This document shows, piece by piece, positions 59,162-60,000 of a DNA stretch of 60,000 nucleotides; the first letter of the stretch is position 1; the number at the start of each line of letters is the position of its first letter. The notes beneath the pieces are model-generated. The model had not been told where the DNA came from. It saw only the letters and a list, made by a program, of their open reading frames with translations, and did no database searches. Made by a program: the position numbers and the translations under genes. Source of the DNA: Malacoraja senta (Eukaryota); the NCBI GenBank assembly GCA_038087875.1, contig CM075987.1:18478001-18538000 (forward strand), written 5' to 3'.

Positions 59162-59292
59162 TTGCCACTTTGATTGTCTTGCTATTGCATCTTTCTGTAC
59201 CAATAAGGGCCATTCCAACACAGGTGACCGTTCCATTACTGGAGGATCACATTCACAGAAAACGGTCTGTGTCATGATTTTCTGTGCATCAT
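59162..59292 (-). CDS. Internal coding exon of unidentified gene: xDAQKIMTQTVFCECDPPVMERSPVLEWPLLVQKDAIARQSKWQ
   Basis: Acceptor CTCTTATTTCCTCACGTGTGCAG, donor CAA|GTATGT; 131 nt; only one frame is open and it ends in phase 0, matching the next exon. Confidence 0.75.
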
Positions 59293-60000
59293 CTGCACAC
59301 GTGAGGAAATAAGAGTTGGAAAACATTACTCTTTGCCCGACCCCCCCCACCCCCCCACATTTTCTAAGAGGACACTCACATCCCAGATTTTTGGATTGTG
59401 ATTTGCGAACTCTACAAGGGCGAATTTCCATTACCCAAACTATAGGGGGTGGGGGGGATTTGAAGGGAAGAGAGATGGAAGGAAAGCACACACAAGCAAT
59501 TCTGCACCCACCACAGGAACAAATGCTCATGCTCGATATCAAATGTACTGAAATGTTCCAACTACCAGACATGTAAAGTTGTTGACATTTGTAAAAGTAT
59601 GCCCAAGATCCAAATCTGATCCAGATGAAATGTTTGCACCTATAATAAAACAAATCTATTTAAAAGCCAATGTAAACCATTTATCATTTTACACAAAAAT
59701 TGCCACCTTAAAATGAACTGTGGAACCCTTAGCAACAGACTTGTTTATAATATCTCAAATAAAATGAGATTCATAATATCTTACTGTCCTCTTACACCTC
59801 TAAATTTGCATCGATTTGATTTCAAAATTCAAATCCTAATATTAAATAATTTTGATGAATTCATTATAATCTGCAAATTCCTTATCAGGTCAAAATAGCT
59901 AAAAATTATTTAGAATACACACCACGTTCAATGATATTTGGTATAGTTCTTCAGTAATTCAAACTATTGTACAAACAATTGAAAATTTGGGATACTTGTG

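Noticed and set aside
58940..59653. 237-aa minus-strand ORF as a single-exon gene
   Set aside because: Only 59162-59292 is bounded by splice signals; the flanks read as intronic low-complexity sequence.
54000..60000. Calling the right-hand gene UBAC1 from human synteny
   Set aside because: The spliced peptide does not resemble the UBA/STI1 C-terminus of UBAC1 as I recall it, so no symbol was assigned.

Overview
Vertebrate genomic DNA. The repeat landscape (HE1/V-SINE-like SINEs, CR1-like LINE tails, abundant Penelope-like fragments) suggests a cartilaginous fish, probably a skate or ray; this is an inference. Two protein-coding genes are visible, both on the minus strand. (1) The first coding exon and CpG-island promoter of CAMSAP1 (30902-31079), whose first intron appears to cover all of 1-30901. 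(2) The last three coding exons (59162-59292, 57489-57583, 56034-56115) and a probably spliced 3' UTR of a gene I cannot name; its peptide ends ...NVIGIFCKC-TGA and the frame stays open after that TGA. The rest is intron or intergenic DNA rich in mobile elements: a decayed Tc1, hAT and PIF/Harbinger MITEs with target-site duplications (TSDs), Helitron-like ends, Rex1/CR1 LINE fragments, and many Penelope-derived short elements carrying hammerhead-ribozyme-like cores, several as fold-back hairpins with 13-16 bp TSDs. A 6.7-kb (AT)n-derived array with palindromic block switches follows a 200-N gap. No prokaryotic-type system (CRISPR, operon) is present, and most ORF-track ORFs are spurious.
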